Below are positions 9,557 to 19,161 of a DNA stretch of 64,000 nt, piece after piece. Under the pieces are notes generated by a model. That model did no database searches and was not told the DNA's origin. It worked only from the letters and a program-made list of their open reading frames with translations. Within the stretch, counting starts at the first letter, position 1; every line of letters starts with the position of its first letter. The position numbers and the translations under genes were made by a program. Origin of the DNA: a virus; IMG/VR virus record IMGVR_UViG_3300037336_000053, positions 1 to 64,000 of that record; one strand, given 5' to 3'.

Positions 9557-10578
9557 AAAAGTGTGTATATCCACAAAATATTTTAATTGTTGGCAATGAT
9601 GGATATACAGATTCGTGCCCACTTGAAACTGCAAATCTAAAATTAGAAAACATTAACGACGGAATTTTAAATGCTTGGAACAGCAGCAAGTATACTGATT
9701 TTAGAAATAACTTAGATACATATCTATCTGACAAAGAAAAGATATGCTGGCAATGTAATAAATTAGAACAGAATGGCGCAGTCAGTTTACGAACAGAAAC
9801 GCCACTGCTATCAAACTTGCCTGAACTCAAAGCAGTACAATTTAAGTTAAGCAATCGTTGTCAATTAGTGTGTGCTCATTGCGGCCCTAATCTAAGTAGT
9901 AGTTGGGGCAAGTTTGCTGGAAGTAAAGACTATGTAAAACAGTTTGAATTAGAAGATCATGTAATTGATGAACTAGCAGAGCTACTTCCTAATTTAAATT
10001 ACATAAGATTCACAGGCGGTGAGCCCTGGATGGATCCTCTTCACTGGAAAATACTAAAACGCTTATCAACTGTTGATAAGAAAAATTGCGAATTACACTA
10101 TATTACTAACGGGCTTTCAACTATACGCAAAGAGCTATGGCAAGGTTGGAAAAAAGTAAAAATAATGCTAAGTGTCGACGGATATAAAGATTCGTACGAA
10201 TGGTTTCGACGAAATGCCAAATGGAATGATTTAGTAAATGGATATAACATGCTAAAGACCATTCCCAATGTTGAAATTAAAATAAATTATTCTTTAACTC
10301 CTTGGACTATAAATTATTTAGAATCAGCAAAAGCATTCTTTAAAGAACCTATGTTAATTGTTCCTATAATGTCTCCTTATCATTGCAGCTTAGGCTCATT
10401 AAGTAGAGATGATTTTGAAAGATTAGGGTTGACATATTACGAAAAGTATAGTAATATAGTAAGTAGTAACCCTAAACCAATAACATACCTAAAAACTTGG
10501 GCAACTGAATGGGATAATAAATGGGGTACTCCTAAACTTGCAGAGAAAATACACCCATGGTTGAAACTTATAAATTAG
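9553..10578 (+). CDS. Radical SAM protein with N-terminal twitch domain
   Basis: CQLVCAHC, FTGGEP, CWQC. ATG 9553 forms an ATGA overlap with the upstream stop. Confidence 0.9.
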   Translation: MKKCVYPQNILIVGNDGYTDSCPLETANLKLENINDGILNAWNSSKYTDFRNNLDTYLSDKEKICWQCNKLEQNGAVSLRTETPLLSNLPELKAVQFKLSNRCQLVCAHCGPNLSSSWGKFAGSKDYVKQFELEDHVIDELAELLPNLNYIRFTGGEPWMDPLHWKILKRLSTVDKKNCELHYITNGLSTIRKELWQGWKKVKIMLSVDGYKDSYEWFRRNAKWNDLVNGYNMLKTIPNVEIKINYSLTPWTINYLESAKAFFKEPMLIVPIMSPYHCSLGSLSRDDFERLGLTYYEKYSNIVSSNPKPITYLKTWATEWDNKWGTPKLAEKIHPWLKLIN

Positions 10579-11162
10579 AAGATCTATCAAAAGACGAAAT
10601 TTTATCATTTGCAAAATTTGCTTCTAAGTTTACTGAAGATCCTGCACATGTTAATATGTGGCACAATAACTGGATTGATCACCCTAACACCTTGCCTTAC
10701 TTAATTTACAATAGCACCAGATTTGCCAACGGCAATGGACAGTTTTTTGTACTAAAGATAGATGGAATTGTTCAAGCAATCTCCGGCGTACACATTAGTT
10801 CGTTCGATAGTAATGTTGCATTAGGGGGTGTACGCAGTTGGATATCTCCAGAGTATAGAGCTAAGATGTTAATCGGGCATCATCTGCTGCCAGCTCAACT
10901 ACAGTGGGCAAAAGATAATAATCTAAAAACAATAGCACTAACATTTAACGATTATAATAAGCGACTTATAAATTATTTTAAGCGTTCTGGCATGGGAGTT
11001 CCTAAAGAGCGTAATCCTAATAGATTATTTTATAATGGGGTTTATGAAGTTCCGTTTAGCATTAATATACAGTATACAGAACAGTGGGCAATATATCATA
11101 AAATTGATGAGTCATACACACCTATTTGGGGGAAAATAAAATGGTTTATAGAAACAGCATAA
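10557..11162 (+). CDS. GNAT-like acetyltransferase
   Basis: RSWISPEYRAKMLIG (motif A-like) followed by LQWAKDNNLKTIALTFN. Confidence 0.55.
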   Translation: MVETYKLEDLSKDEILSFAKFASKFTEDPAHVNMWHNNWIDHPNTLPYLIYNSTRFANGNGQFFVLKIDGIVQAISGVHISSFDSNVALGGVRSWISPEYRAKMLIGHHLLPAQLQWAKDNNLKTIALTFNDYNKRLINYFKRSGMGVPKERNPNRLFYNGVYEVPFSINIQYTEQWAIYHKIDESYTPIWGKIKWFIETA

Positions 11163-11170
11163 ATACTTTT

Positions 11171-11932
11171 ATGCTAAAGTTCCTACAATCAACCACAAGT
11201 ACACTTAACTATATACAAGTTACCTGCTTGATTATTGCAGCAGTAGGATTCTTTTATGTTGACTTTACTTGGACAAACATTGTAATTTCAATTGTGTTCT
11301 TTTACTTGTTTAGTATAGTAGGTCTTAGTTTAACTTTACATAGATTTTATTCTCATAAAACTTTTATATTTAAGTATGACATTCTTCGAAAATTGTTTAC
11401 AGTAATTGCAATGCTATCTGGACGAGGTAGTCCGTTGGGTTGGGTGTATATTCATAGATTACATCATAGACACGCAGATACAGAGATAGACCCTCATGGA
11501 CCTATAAGTATAGGTTTTAGATTATTTGGATTCAAGCCAATAGATGCAGCAGAAGAAAAAACAAAAGTATTTTTAATAAAAGATATGATGACATCAGAAC
11601 ACTTGTTTTATCATAACTACTATCTTGCATTTATAATTGTATGGGCTGTATTGCTTGCAGTTGTGGGATTTGATGTATTATATTTTGCCTATGTACTTCC
11701 TTTATTAGGAATACAGTTTAGTCAAAATAGTTTTAACTATTTTGCACACAAATACGGATACAGGAATCATAATACAAAAGATGATAGCACAAATAATCTT
11801 CTATTATGGCCTTTTATTATGGGAGATGCGTGGCATAATAATCATCATAACAATTTAGCAAAGCCTACTACTAAAGAACAGTGGTGGGAATTAGATCCAG
11901 TCATAACAGTAGCAAAAATGGTGAGTAAATAA
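11171..11932 (+). CDS. Membrane acyl-lipid/acyl-CoA delta-9-type fatty acid desaturase
   Basis: Three His boxes HRFYSH, HRLHH, HNNHH, plus TM helices and WWELDP. Start placed after TAAATA at 11160-11165. Confidence 0.9.
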   Translation: MLKFLQSTTSTLNYIQVTCLIIAAVGFFYVDFTWTNIVISIVFFYLFSIVGLSLTLHRFYSHKTFIFKYDILRKLFTVIAMLSGRGSPLGWVYIHRLHHRHADTEIDPHGPISIGFRLFGFKPIDAAEEKTKVFLIKDMMTSEHLFYHNYYLAFIIVWAVLLAVVGFDVLYFAYVLPLLGIQFSQNSFNYFAHKYGYRNHNTKDDSTNNLLLWPFIMGDAWHNNHHNNLAKPTTKEQWWELDPVITVAKMVSK

Positions 11933-12702
11933 TGAAATATTTAAAGAGCAATACAATTGTTGCACAAATGGTATTATTAATATCATTAATTGGAACAATA
12001 TGGGGATACTATACATACGGAGTTGACATTAATACTGTTCTACTTCCTATCTTAGGATACTTTTTATATGTAGGGCTAGGTATAAGTGTAACATTTCACA
12101 GACAGCTCACTCATAAAGCATACAGTACATATCCATTAATTACTAAGATAGGTACATTATTAGGTACATTTTCAAATACTGGTAGTAGTATTGTATGGGT
12201 AGCAATACACATGAATCATCATAGGTTTAGTGACACTGATAAGGATCCCCATAGCCCGGCCCACAAGGGACTAAAGACATTTGCACTAGAGTATGACCTT
12301 GATACAAGCAAAGTAAAATGGAAAATGAAACATCTTATTGGTGATTCTTTTCATATGTTTTTACACAAATATTATTTTGCTGTTATTGCTACATGGAGTT
12401 TCCTTCTTTATCTAATAGGAGGCGTCCATTTAATGATATTTTTACATTGGTTTCCTATGATTATTAGTGGAGCAATGAGTAATATTGTAAACTACATAGG
12501 ACATAAACCTAATTGGTGGGGAGGATATCGTAGATACGATACAGTAGACGACAGTGTAAACAACTGGTTATGGGCAATTCCAAGTTGGGGAGAAACTTTA
12601 CATAATAATCACCACAAGCGTCCGTATAGTTGGAGCCATGGTGAGCGTTGGTACGAATTAGATATTGGAGCATGGATAGTTAAGCTGATAAAAGTTAAAT
12701 AA
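11932..12702 (+). CDS. Second delta-9-type fatty acid desaturase (tandem paralogue)
   Basis: HRQLTH, HMNHH, HNNHH, DPHSP, GETLHNNHH, WYELD. Confidence 0.9.
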   Translation: MKYLKSNTIVAQMVLLISLIGTIWGYYTYGVDINTVLLPILGYFLYVGLGISVTFHRQLTHKAYSTYPLITKIGTLLGTFSNTGSSIVWVAIHMNHHRFSDTDKDPHSPAHKGLKTFALEYDLDTSKVKWKMKHLIGDSFHMFLHKYYFAVIATWSFLLYLIGGVHLMIFLHWFPMIISGAMSNIVNYIGHKPNWWGGYRRYDTVDDSVNNWLWAIPSWGETLHNNHHKRPYSWSHGERWYELDIGAWIVKLIKVK

Positions 12703-14243
12703 TGGCACAAGTAGTTATTTTTACAGGTGCTTCTTGGACAGGCTCTAAGCGAGCTTCAATGCATAAAAAGCCCGGAACATCAATAAGTAGGCCATTAGGT
12801 GCATATCAAATAGCAGCTATACTTAGAAATAAAGGCTACACTGTACAAGTAATTGATCACTATTGGCACTTAATCTCTCAAGCAGAACTATTTGCAGAAA
12901 TATTTAAAAAATATGTCGGACCGGATACTCTATGGATAGGCTGGTCTAGTACATTTTTTACAGTAAAAGGAAAAGACACTTCTACAAACTTAATTGACGT
13001 TGGTTACCAAAGTCGAGCACAAGACTGTATCGGGTTTACAGATCGTGGAATAAATTTTATAAAGAGATGGATAAGTGAACAAAATCCTAATATTAAATTA
13101 GTATGTGGAGGTGCTCAGGCATGGCATTGGAGTAAGCAATCATTTGAATTTTTTGATTACTTTGTAACTGGATATGCAGATGCTACTGCACTACACTTAA
13201 CTGATTTTCTAGCAGGTAAAACATCTAGTATTAATACAATAAAGAACTTAAACGGATCGCAGTCTATTGTATACGATCAAAAAGGTAGTTTGTTTGATTT
13301 TAATAACCATACTCATGTGTGGGACAAATCTGATCACCTACACCGGGGAATATCTCTCCCTATAGAAATATCTAGGGGCTGTATATTTAAATGTTCCTAT
13401 TGTAGTTTTCCGTTAAACGGTAAGAAGAAAAACGACTTCATTAGAGATTCTGGAAAACTTATAGATGAATTAACATATAATTACGAAACATTTGGCACAA
13501 CACATTATATGTATGGAGATGATACACACAATGATAGTGTACAAAAACTTGAGTACCTGTATAATAATGTTTATTCAAAGCTCCCATTTAAAATAAAATT
13601 CTCAACTTATCTGCGTTTAGATTTATTAGTAGCACATTCTCATACAATCGAGTTATTAAAAGAATCAGGATTAGTTGGTACTTTCTTTGGAGTTGAAAGT
13701 TTTAATAAAGAAGCAAACAAGGTAATTGGAAAAACTGCATCAAAAGAACGCATCATGGAAAATTTGTGGAAGTGCAAGGATATTTGGAAGGATGATGTTA
13801 TTATTAATCTAGGATTAATTTTAGGACTTCCTAATGATACAATTGATACTTGTACTGAATGGCTAACTGACTCGTTACACAAAGATTCGCCAGTTGATTA
13901 TGCTGCGATTGCACCACTACAACTAAGTCCAGTTAGTAATGCAGATCCGCAATTTCAAAGTGATATGGAGTTAGATTATAAAAAATACGGTTACACATTT
14001 CATGAAAATCGTTGGACTAACAATGTAGGTATGACAGTGTACGATGCAACTCGTTTAAAAGAACAATTTGATAATTATCAATTAGAACAACATCTGTATT
14101 TAAAAAATTGGTATGATCCTCACAGAGCAACCACTTTAGGGATATCAGAAGAAAAATTTTATAATACCAGTATTAGAGACTTAGTGTCTATAGAAGAAAA
14201 AGTTGTACAAGATTATTTTAACAATTTATTGAAAGGAAGTTAG
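12702..14243 (+). CDS. B12-binding (class B) radical SAM protein
   Basis: N-terminal RPLGAYQIAAILRNKGYTVQVID cobalamin-binding-like domain; SRGCIFKCSYC; GVES. Confidence 0.85.
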   Translation: MAQVVIFTGASWTGSKRASMHKKPGTSISRPLGAYQIAAILRNKGYTVQVIDHYWHLISQAELFAEIFKKYVGPDTLWIGWSSTFFTVKGKDTSTNLIDVGYQSRAQDCIGFTDRGINFIKRWISEQNPNIKLVCGGAQAWHWSKQSFEFFDYFVTGYADATALHLTDFLAGKTSSINTIKNLNGSQSIVYDQKGSLFDFNNHTHVWDKSDHLHRGISLPIEISRGCIFKCSYCSFPLNGKKKNDFIRDSGKLIDELTYNYETFGTTHYMYGDDTHNDSVQKLEYLYNNVYSKLPFKIKFSTYLRLDLLVAHSHTIELLKESGLVGTFFGVESFNKEANKVIGKTASKERIMENLWKCKDIWKDDVIINLGLILGLPNDTIDTCTEWLTDSLHKDSPVDYAAIAPLQLSPVSNADPQFQSDMELDYKKYGYTFHENRWTNNVGMTVYDATRLKEQFDNYQLEQHLYLKNWYDPHRATTLGISEEKFYNTSIRDLVSIEEKVVQDYFNNLLKGS

Positions 14244-14245
14244 AA

Positions 14246-14692
14246 ATGATAGTGTATGTGGGATACTTCTTTGCCTGGACTTTTTTGTTGTATTGGGTAC
14301 ATAGAATAAGTCATATAGTACCTATAATGAAAACAATACATTGGGGACATCATCAATATGTTATTGAAGGACAGCCTAAATGGATGTGGCAAAACATTTT
14401 TCTATATAGTGATGATTGGATAGGAACTGCTGATTTGTTTATGACAGAAGTAATCCCTACTTTAATATTTTGTTACTTTACAGGACAGTGGTGGATATTT
14501 GCTGTATATTATATATGGACTGCCTTTATACAAGAATGGGTTGAACACAATCCTAAATTTAACTTATGGCCTTTTAGTGCAGGACAATGTCACTTAAATC
14601 ATCACAAAAATTGGAGAACAAACTATTCTATATTCTTTCCACTATGGGACATTATTTTTAAGACATATACACCAGTTAAGGAACGGAAATGA
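14246..14692 (+). CDS. Sterol desaturase / fatty acid hydroxylase family protein
   Basis: YWVHRISH, HWGHH, HLNHHKNWRTNY..WD.IF.T. Confidence 0.85.
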   Translation: MIVYVGYFFAWTFLLYWVHRISHIVPIMKTIHWGHHQYVIEGQPKWMWQNIFLYSDDWIGTADLFMTEVIPTLIFCYFTGQWWIFAVYYIWTAFIQEWVEHNPKFNLWPFSAGQCHLNHHKNWRTNYSIFFPLWDIIFKTYTPVKERK

Positions 14693-15624
14693 ATTTCTCA
14701 GAAAATAGTTGGGTTAGTTGGCAATATGATAATGGACCGCTTCATTCAAGAAGTCCGTCGGCAGATGCAATCTTTAAAACAGTGTACACACCTACCAATC
14801 AACCAATTGGTACATTGTGGGAAGAAGCAGTTAAAGGTGCTAAAACTACATTAGATTTGCATCCTGGTCTTACTCCTAGTTTATTCTTTAGTGGAGGTGT
14901 TGACAGCGAGATGATGCTTAGAGCATTTATACATATTGGAGCAAAGCCTAACATATATGTTGTGCGATTTGAAGATGATATAAACATATATGATGTTAGT
15001 TATGCAGTTGCTATTGCTAATAGCTTAGGTGTAGACATTAAAATAATCGATATGAATATTAAAAAGTTTTATGAAAATGAAGCAGAAACAGTAAGTGAAA
15101 TTGCACAATGTGACAGGCCAAGGGCATTGCCGCAAATGAAGTTTGCAGATTTTGTAGACGGTCTTCCTATACTATGTATGGCTGATGTTACTTGGCAACG
15201 AAGTAATAGTGATTATAGTAAAAAAGGTGTGTGGAAAGCATGGGAAATTGAAAGCGATTGTGCGTTTGATAGATATAATATTGGAGTAGGTCGTACAGCA
15301 ATATATCAATGGGGTCGATGGAGTCCAGGTATACTGATAGCTAATACCAGATGGAAATGGTTTCACAGACTTATAAACGATTACTATCCGGGCAAGTTAG
15401 GAAATAGTAGTACTAAGTTTGAAGGCTTTAGTGAAGAATTTCCTATGATGATTCCTCGTCGTAAAAAAGTAGGGTTTGAACAATGTGAAAATGTTATTAC
15501 GGAATTTGAAGACTTTTTAAAAGTAAAGTATAATGGATTGCCATTCCGTAGACAAAGTGAATTAACACTAGACGAAATGTGGGTAGCACTTACTGGGAAA
15601 GACTTCGCTGCCAATAACGCTTAA
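14689..15624 (+). CDS. PP-loop (adenine nucleotide alpha-hydrolase) family protein
   Basis: FFSGGVDSE PP-loop; homologous to 15590-16489. Confidence 0.65.
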   Translation: MNFSENSWVSWQYDNGPLHSRSPSADAIFKTVYTPTNQPIGTLWEEAVKGAKTTLDLHPGLTPSLFFSGGVDSEMMLRAFIHIGAKPNIYVVRFEDDINIYDVSYAVAIANSLGVDIKIIDMNIKKFYENEAETVSEIAQCDRPRALPQMKFADFVDGLPILCMADVTWQRSNSDYSKKGVWKAWEIESDCAFDRYNIGVGRTAIYQWGRWSPGILIANTRWKWFHRLINDYYPGKLGNSSTKFEGFSEEFPMMIPRRKKVGFEQCENVITEFEDFLKVKYNGLPFRRQSELTLDEMWVALTGKDFAANNA

Positions 15625-16489
15625 CTGATGTTCCTCGATGTAAGTGTTGTATTAGTTGGCTTATTTCTAAAAATATTTGATTTTCTCTATACTTGTGTTC
15701 TGGACCATTAATTATATAATCAATTTTTTCGCATCCTTGATACTTTGGATAGTAATCAATATCATACTTCCAATGCTTTCCAAAGAACAACGGTTTTATA
15801 AATAAATCCCAATAGTTAATGATACTAATAGGTTCTTCGCCTAAGTACGACAGTCCGTCGATAGAATAATACTCCCAAGCATGTAGTGCTGCTTGTACTA
15901 TATCGTCTTTGAGTATGCTTAATAATATATGTTCATCGTTGTTAAACTTAACAACAGTATGATTAACATTTAATGCATCATATGCTCTAAGTCTTGCATA
16001 CTCTACACTATTAGCAGTTTCAAACAAATAAAATTTTTTATTTTTAACACATAAATCGGGACCATCGAACCCTTCTATAAATGTACAGTCAGTTGGGAGC
16101 TGAGATAAAAACATACTATGTAATATTTGATTAGGCGGAATATCTAATTGAGAAGATAACTGCATAACTTCGTTTTTAACAGCATACGGATCAATAGTAA
16201 CTGTTATAAGATCAAAGTTATATTTTTCTTTTTGTGCTAGTACATTAGTATGCTCGTTATCGTTGTAACCTGGCATACGTAAAAATGCACAAGTTACTGG
16301 AATTTTTTCATCATAAAAGGCACGGAAAGTTGCTTGACTATCCGTGCCTCCACTGTGCGATAATATTAAATTTTTATAAGTGTAATGCAGCAACCTTGCA
16401 CGAATTTTAAATTCTTCTCTTGTAGAACCAACATTATGCGTACACGGCTTGAGATCTATGTAAAATTTATTATTATCAAAGCCATACAC
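15590..16489 (-). CDS. PP-loop (adenine nucleotide alpha-hydrolase) family protein
   Basis: SHSGGTDSQ PP-loop; convergent with and overlapping its paralogue. Confidence 0.65.
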   Translation of the reverse strand: MYGFDNNKFYIDLKPCTHNVGSTREEFKIRARLLHYTYKNLILSHSGGTDSQATFRAFYDEKIPVTCAFLRMPGYNDNEHTNVLAQKEKYNFDLITVTIDPYAVKNEVMQLSSQLDIPPNQILHSMFLSQLPTDCTFIEGFDGPDLCVKNKKFYLFETANSVEYARLRAYDALNVNHTVVKFNNDEHILLSILKDDIVQAALHAWEYYSIDGLSYLGEEPISIINYWDLFIKPLFFGKHWKYDIDYYPKYQGCEKIDYIINGPEHKYRENQIFLEISQLIQHLHRGTSVKRYWQRSLSQ

Positions 16490-16494
16490 TTATA

Positions 16495-16968
16495 TTACTT
16501 CGCTGTTTTAAGTGATGGGTCGATTAGTTCAGCAATGCCTTTAGCCCACGGCACAGTATTCCATACACGCTCATGTATATAGTACAACGCCATGTTAACT
16601 GCTGTAGCTAATCCTGCAAAAATAACAGCACTGCCCCAACTACTTGTGACTAAGAAAGGAATCAAGATATTACTTGCTGTAATTGCTACTCGCCAAGAAA
16701 TCATTTTAGCAGCAGATCTAAATTCTTTTTCTTCAAAGACTTTTTCTGGATCCGGTGTACGCAACGCATTAAAGTAGTTCCATGCTCGTTCATGTAACCA
16801 ATATAGTGTACTGTTAATAACAGTTGCCCAGCCAGCAATTTTTAAACCTACTAAAATACTACCTGTGGCTAAAAATCCGTTGACGATATGTGAAATAGTT
16901 AACAGAACCCTCCAAGAAATCATTTTAGCAATAGTTCGTGGATGCTTTTCTGTAAATTTTGTTGACAT
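16495..16968 (-). CDS. Tandem DUF2061-like membrane protein
   Basis: Two copies of AKMISWRV...Y(W/Y)(L/I)HER(A/V)WN. Confidence 0.75.
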   Translation of the reverse strand: MSTKFTEKHPRTIAKMISWRVLLTISHIVNGFLATGSILVGLKIAGWATVINSTLYWLHERAWNYFNALRTPDPEKVFEEKEFRSAAKMISWRVAITASNILIPFLVTSSWGSAVIFAGLATAVNMALYYIHERVWNTVPWAKGIAELIDPSLKTAK

Positions 16969-16998
16969 TATTTTCTCCTTGAATTATAAATGCTACTA

Positions 16999-18183
16999 TT
17001 ACTTATTCCATAGCAATGCAGCGGAATTTATTTCTGGCTCCATTTTTGAAACTTCATAGTTGTATGCATAAATTTGCAATCCATCTTCAAACCCGTGGGT
17101 TTTATTTACAAAGTTACTGGCATGATGTTTAACATACTCGATACCTTCCTTCCAAATTGAATGATGTTTAGTGCCTTTATGCCCTTCTATGTACCACGCA
17201 TCAAACTCACTGTACCAATCTAAGGTAGCTTTGTTTGCTTGCCACCAATTATTATTCCAAGTAGTGTACAGAAGCGGCCGCAGTTCTCGTTCGTGTACTT
17301 GTCTGTACAAATCAGCAGTTAGATTTTTATGAAACCAAAACTGCTGTTTATCAGGTGTTAGTTCTAACCAGCGTTTAATAATATATGCTTGCTTACAAAG
17401 GATATCTACACTTTCAGGAGCCCAGTAGAAATATTCTACTACAGCATTATCATAGTCTTTGATATGATTTTCTACAGTAATAATGTTAGTAGCACGATCG
17501 GTAAATCTTATATAATATTTGTTGTTAGTATGAATAAATGTTCTTGGTTTTTCTACACCTAATACAAGTGCAAGTTTTTTACTTTTGTCAAATTGTTTTC
17601 TCACATCGTTAAAATGTATGTAATTGAATCGTGTAACATTTAAAGGATTTAGTCCCTCACGCTTATCCATTACCCAGCTTGCATCACCTACTTCTAACCA
17701 TGAATTGAACAAATAGTCACTCATGTCAAGTATAGTTATTTTAGTTTTTGGTGCTCGTTTTTCTATTTCTTTAAGACGAGGCAAAGTTTGTAAGTAATGT
17801 TCCGCAGCAGCATTTTTAGGATCTTTATTATTTGGGTCAATTATTGTATGTTTAAGATTTGCTTTTTCCATAGTGTTTACTACAAGCTCGTCTATGTGTA
17901 GTCCTTGCCTAATAAAACTTTCTACAATGTTTTGACTGTCGGCACCACCACTATAACTTATCATAATATAGTCGTAAGAGTCGCGTAGCTGCTTAGTACG
18001 GCGGTCGTACAGTGCATCTAACGACTCAGTTGGCTCAATATGCCACGGGTATTTTTCAAATACTTCGTTGTTAAAGTGCCATTTAACTTCTTGATTTATC
18101 GACTGTGCATAGATACATGCTTTAATCTTGCTGTCAAATTCGATTGAACCTACAGTATAATATCCAAGTTTTTTGTTTATCAT
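16999..18183 (-). CDS. PP-loop family protein (asparagine-synthase-like), paralogue of 20853-22043
   Basis: SYSGGADSQ. Shares LGYY..G..F.SKI.ACI.A, YPWHIEP.ES.D.LY..R..QLR..YDYI and EYFYW with its paralogue. Start set at ATG 18183 after TATAAATA. Confidence 0.7.
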   Translation of the reverse strand: MINKKLGYYTVGSIEFDSKIKACIYAQSINQEVKWHFNNEVFEKYPWHIEPTESLDALYDRRTKQLRDSYDYIMISYSGGADSQNIVESFIRQGLHIDELVVNTMEKANLKHTIIDPNNKDPKNAAAEHYLQTLPRLKEIEKRAPKTKITILDMSDYLFNSWLEVGDASWVMDKREGLNPLNVTRFNYIHFNDVRKQFDKSKKLALVLGVEKPRTFIHTNNKYYIRFTDRATNIITVENHIKDYDNAVVEYFYWAPESVDILCKQAYIIKRWLELTPDKQQFWFHKNLTADLYRQVHERELRPLLYTTWNNNWWQANKATLDWYSEFDAWYIEGHKGTKHHSIWKEGIEYVKHHASNFVNKTHGFEDGLQIYAYNYEVSKMEPEINSAALLWNK

Positions 18184-18191
18184 TTCATATA

Positions 18192-18222
18192 TATTTATAA
18201 CCATTAACTACACAGATAAATA
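18192..18222. promoter_or_regulatory. Back-to-back T4-type late promoters (TATAAATA on minus 18192-18199; TAAATA on plus 18217-18222)
   Basis: Both motifs lie a few nt upstream of divergent start codons. T4 late consensus is TATAAATA. Confidence 0.55.
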
Positions 18223-18228
18223 GAAGTG

Positions 18229-19161
18229 ATGAACAGCCTATTTAACACTCAGTATCCAATTTTTTGTGCTGCAATGAACAAAGTTAGTGATGCTAACCTT
18301 GCTTCAGCAGTATGGGAAGCCGGGTGTATGCCTAGTTTAACATTATTTAACTACTTCATTAATCGTAAAATACATTACAACTTAATGCAACGTGATATTG
18401 ATTCTTTTTATGCTCTTTCACCTTTAGGAAAATTTGTGTTTAGTGTAGATAGCGAAACATTAACTAGTGATGATTTTTTTCAAATGATCGTTAATAATAA
18501 AATAGAGTACTTAGAAATAATCGTGCCTACATTACAAGTAAAGCATAAAATATTAACAGAAGACACAATTAAAATTCTTACAAAACTGCAACACGATTTA
18601 AAACGATATAAGGATTTAAATATAAAAGTTATCCTAAAAGGCTTAACTAGATTTGTACCGTTAGAAATAGAATTATATTTTCCTAATTTATTTGATGGAT
18701 TTATTCTAAAAGGTCCCGACGGTGCAGGAAGTGTAGTTGATAGATTAGATAATAGTACATTATTAGAAAATCAAATATCTGTCTTAGAAAAATATCCTAA
18801 TTGTTGTCTAATTACTACTGGCGGCATTTCTTCAGGTGCAGACGCAAAGCAGTATTTAGACAACGGTGCAAAATATGTAGGTATAGGAACTCTTTTTGCA
18901 TTTAGTGCTGAAAGTAGCATAAGCAACGAGTCAAAGTTAGCAGCAATAGGAAAACAAATAGAACGATTTGCAGACACAAATCAAAACGCAATAATATTTT
19001 CAGCTGATAAGTTTGAAGAATTTGATCGAAACCATACAGTAAGTTTAGAACACGGTGTTAAATCAGTCGAAGGGCATTTATTTGCAGGTACTGGTATAAA
19101 AAATATAAACAATATTAAAACAGTAAAAGAAATTGTTAAGGAAATTATAAATGGCATGTAA
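18229..19161 (+). CDS. Nitronate monooxygenase / FabK-like FMN TIM-barrel protein
   Basis: IFCAAMNKVSDANLASAVWEAGC, TGGISSG, YVGIGTLFA, FAGTGIKNI. Confidence 0.75.
   Translation: MNSLFNTQYPIFCAAMNKVSDANLASAVWEAGCMPSLTLFNYFINRKIHYNLMQRDIDSFYALSPLGKFVFSVDSETLTSDDFFQMIVNNKIEYLEIIVPTLQVKHKILTEDTIKILTKLQHDLKRYKDLNIKVILKGLTRFVPLEIELYFPNLFDGFILKGPDGAGSVVDRLDNSTLLENQISVLEKYPNCCLITTGGISSGADAKQYLDNGAKYVGIGTLFAFSAESSISNESKLAAIGKQIERFADTNQNAIIFSADKFEEFDRNHTVSLEHGVKSVEGHLFAGTGIKNINNIKTVKEIVKEIINGM

Noticed and set aside
9444-9854. 136-aa minus-strand ORF
   Set aside because: Antisense to the methyltransferase and radical SAM genes; no motif or SD.
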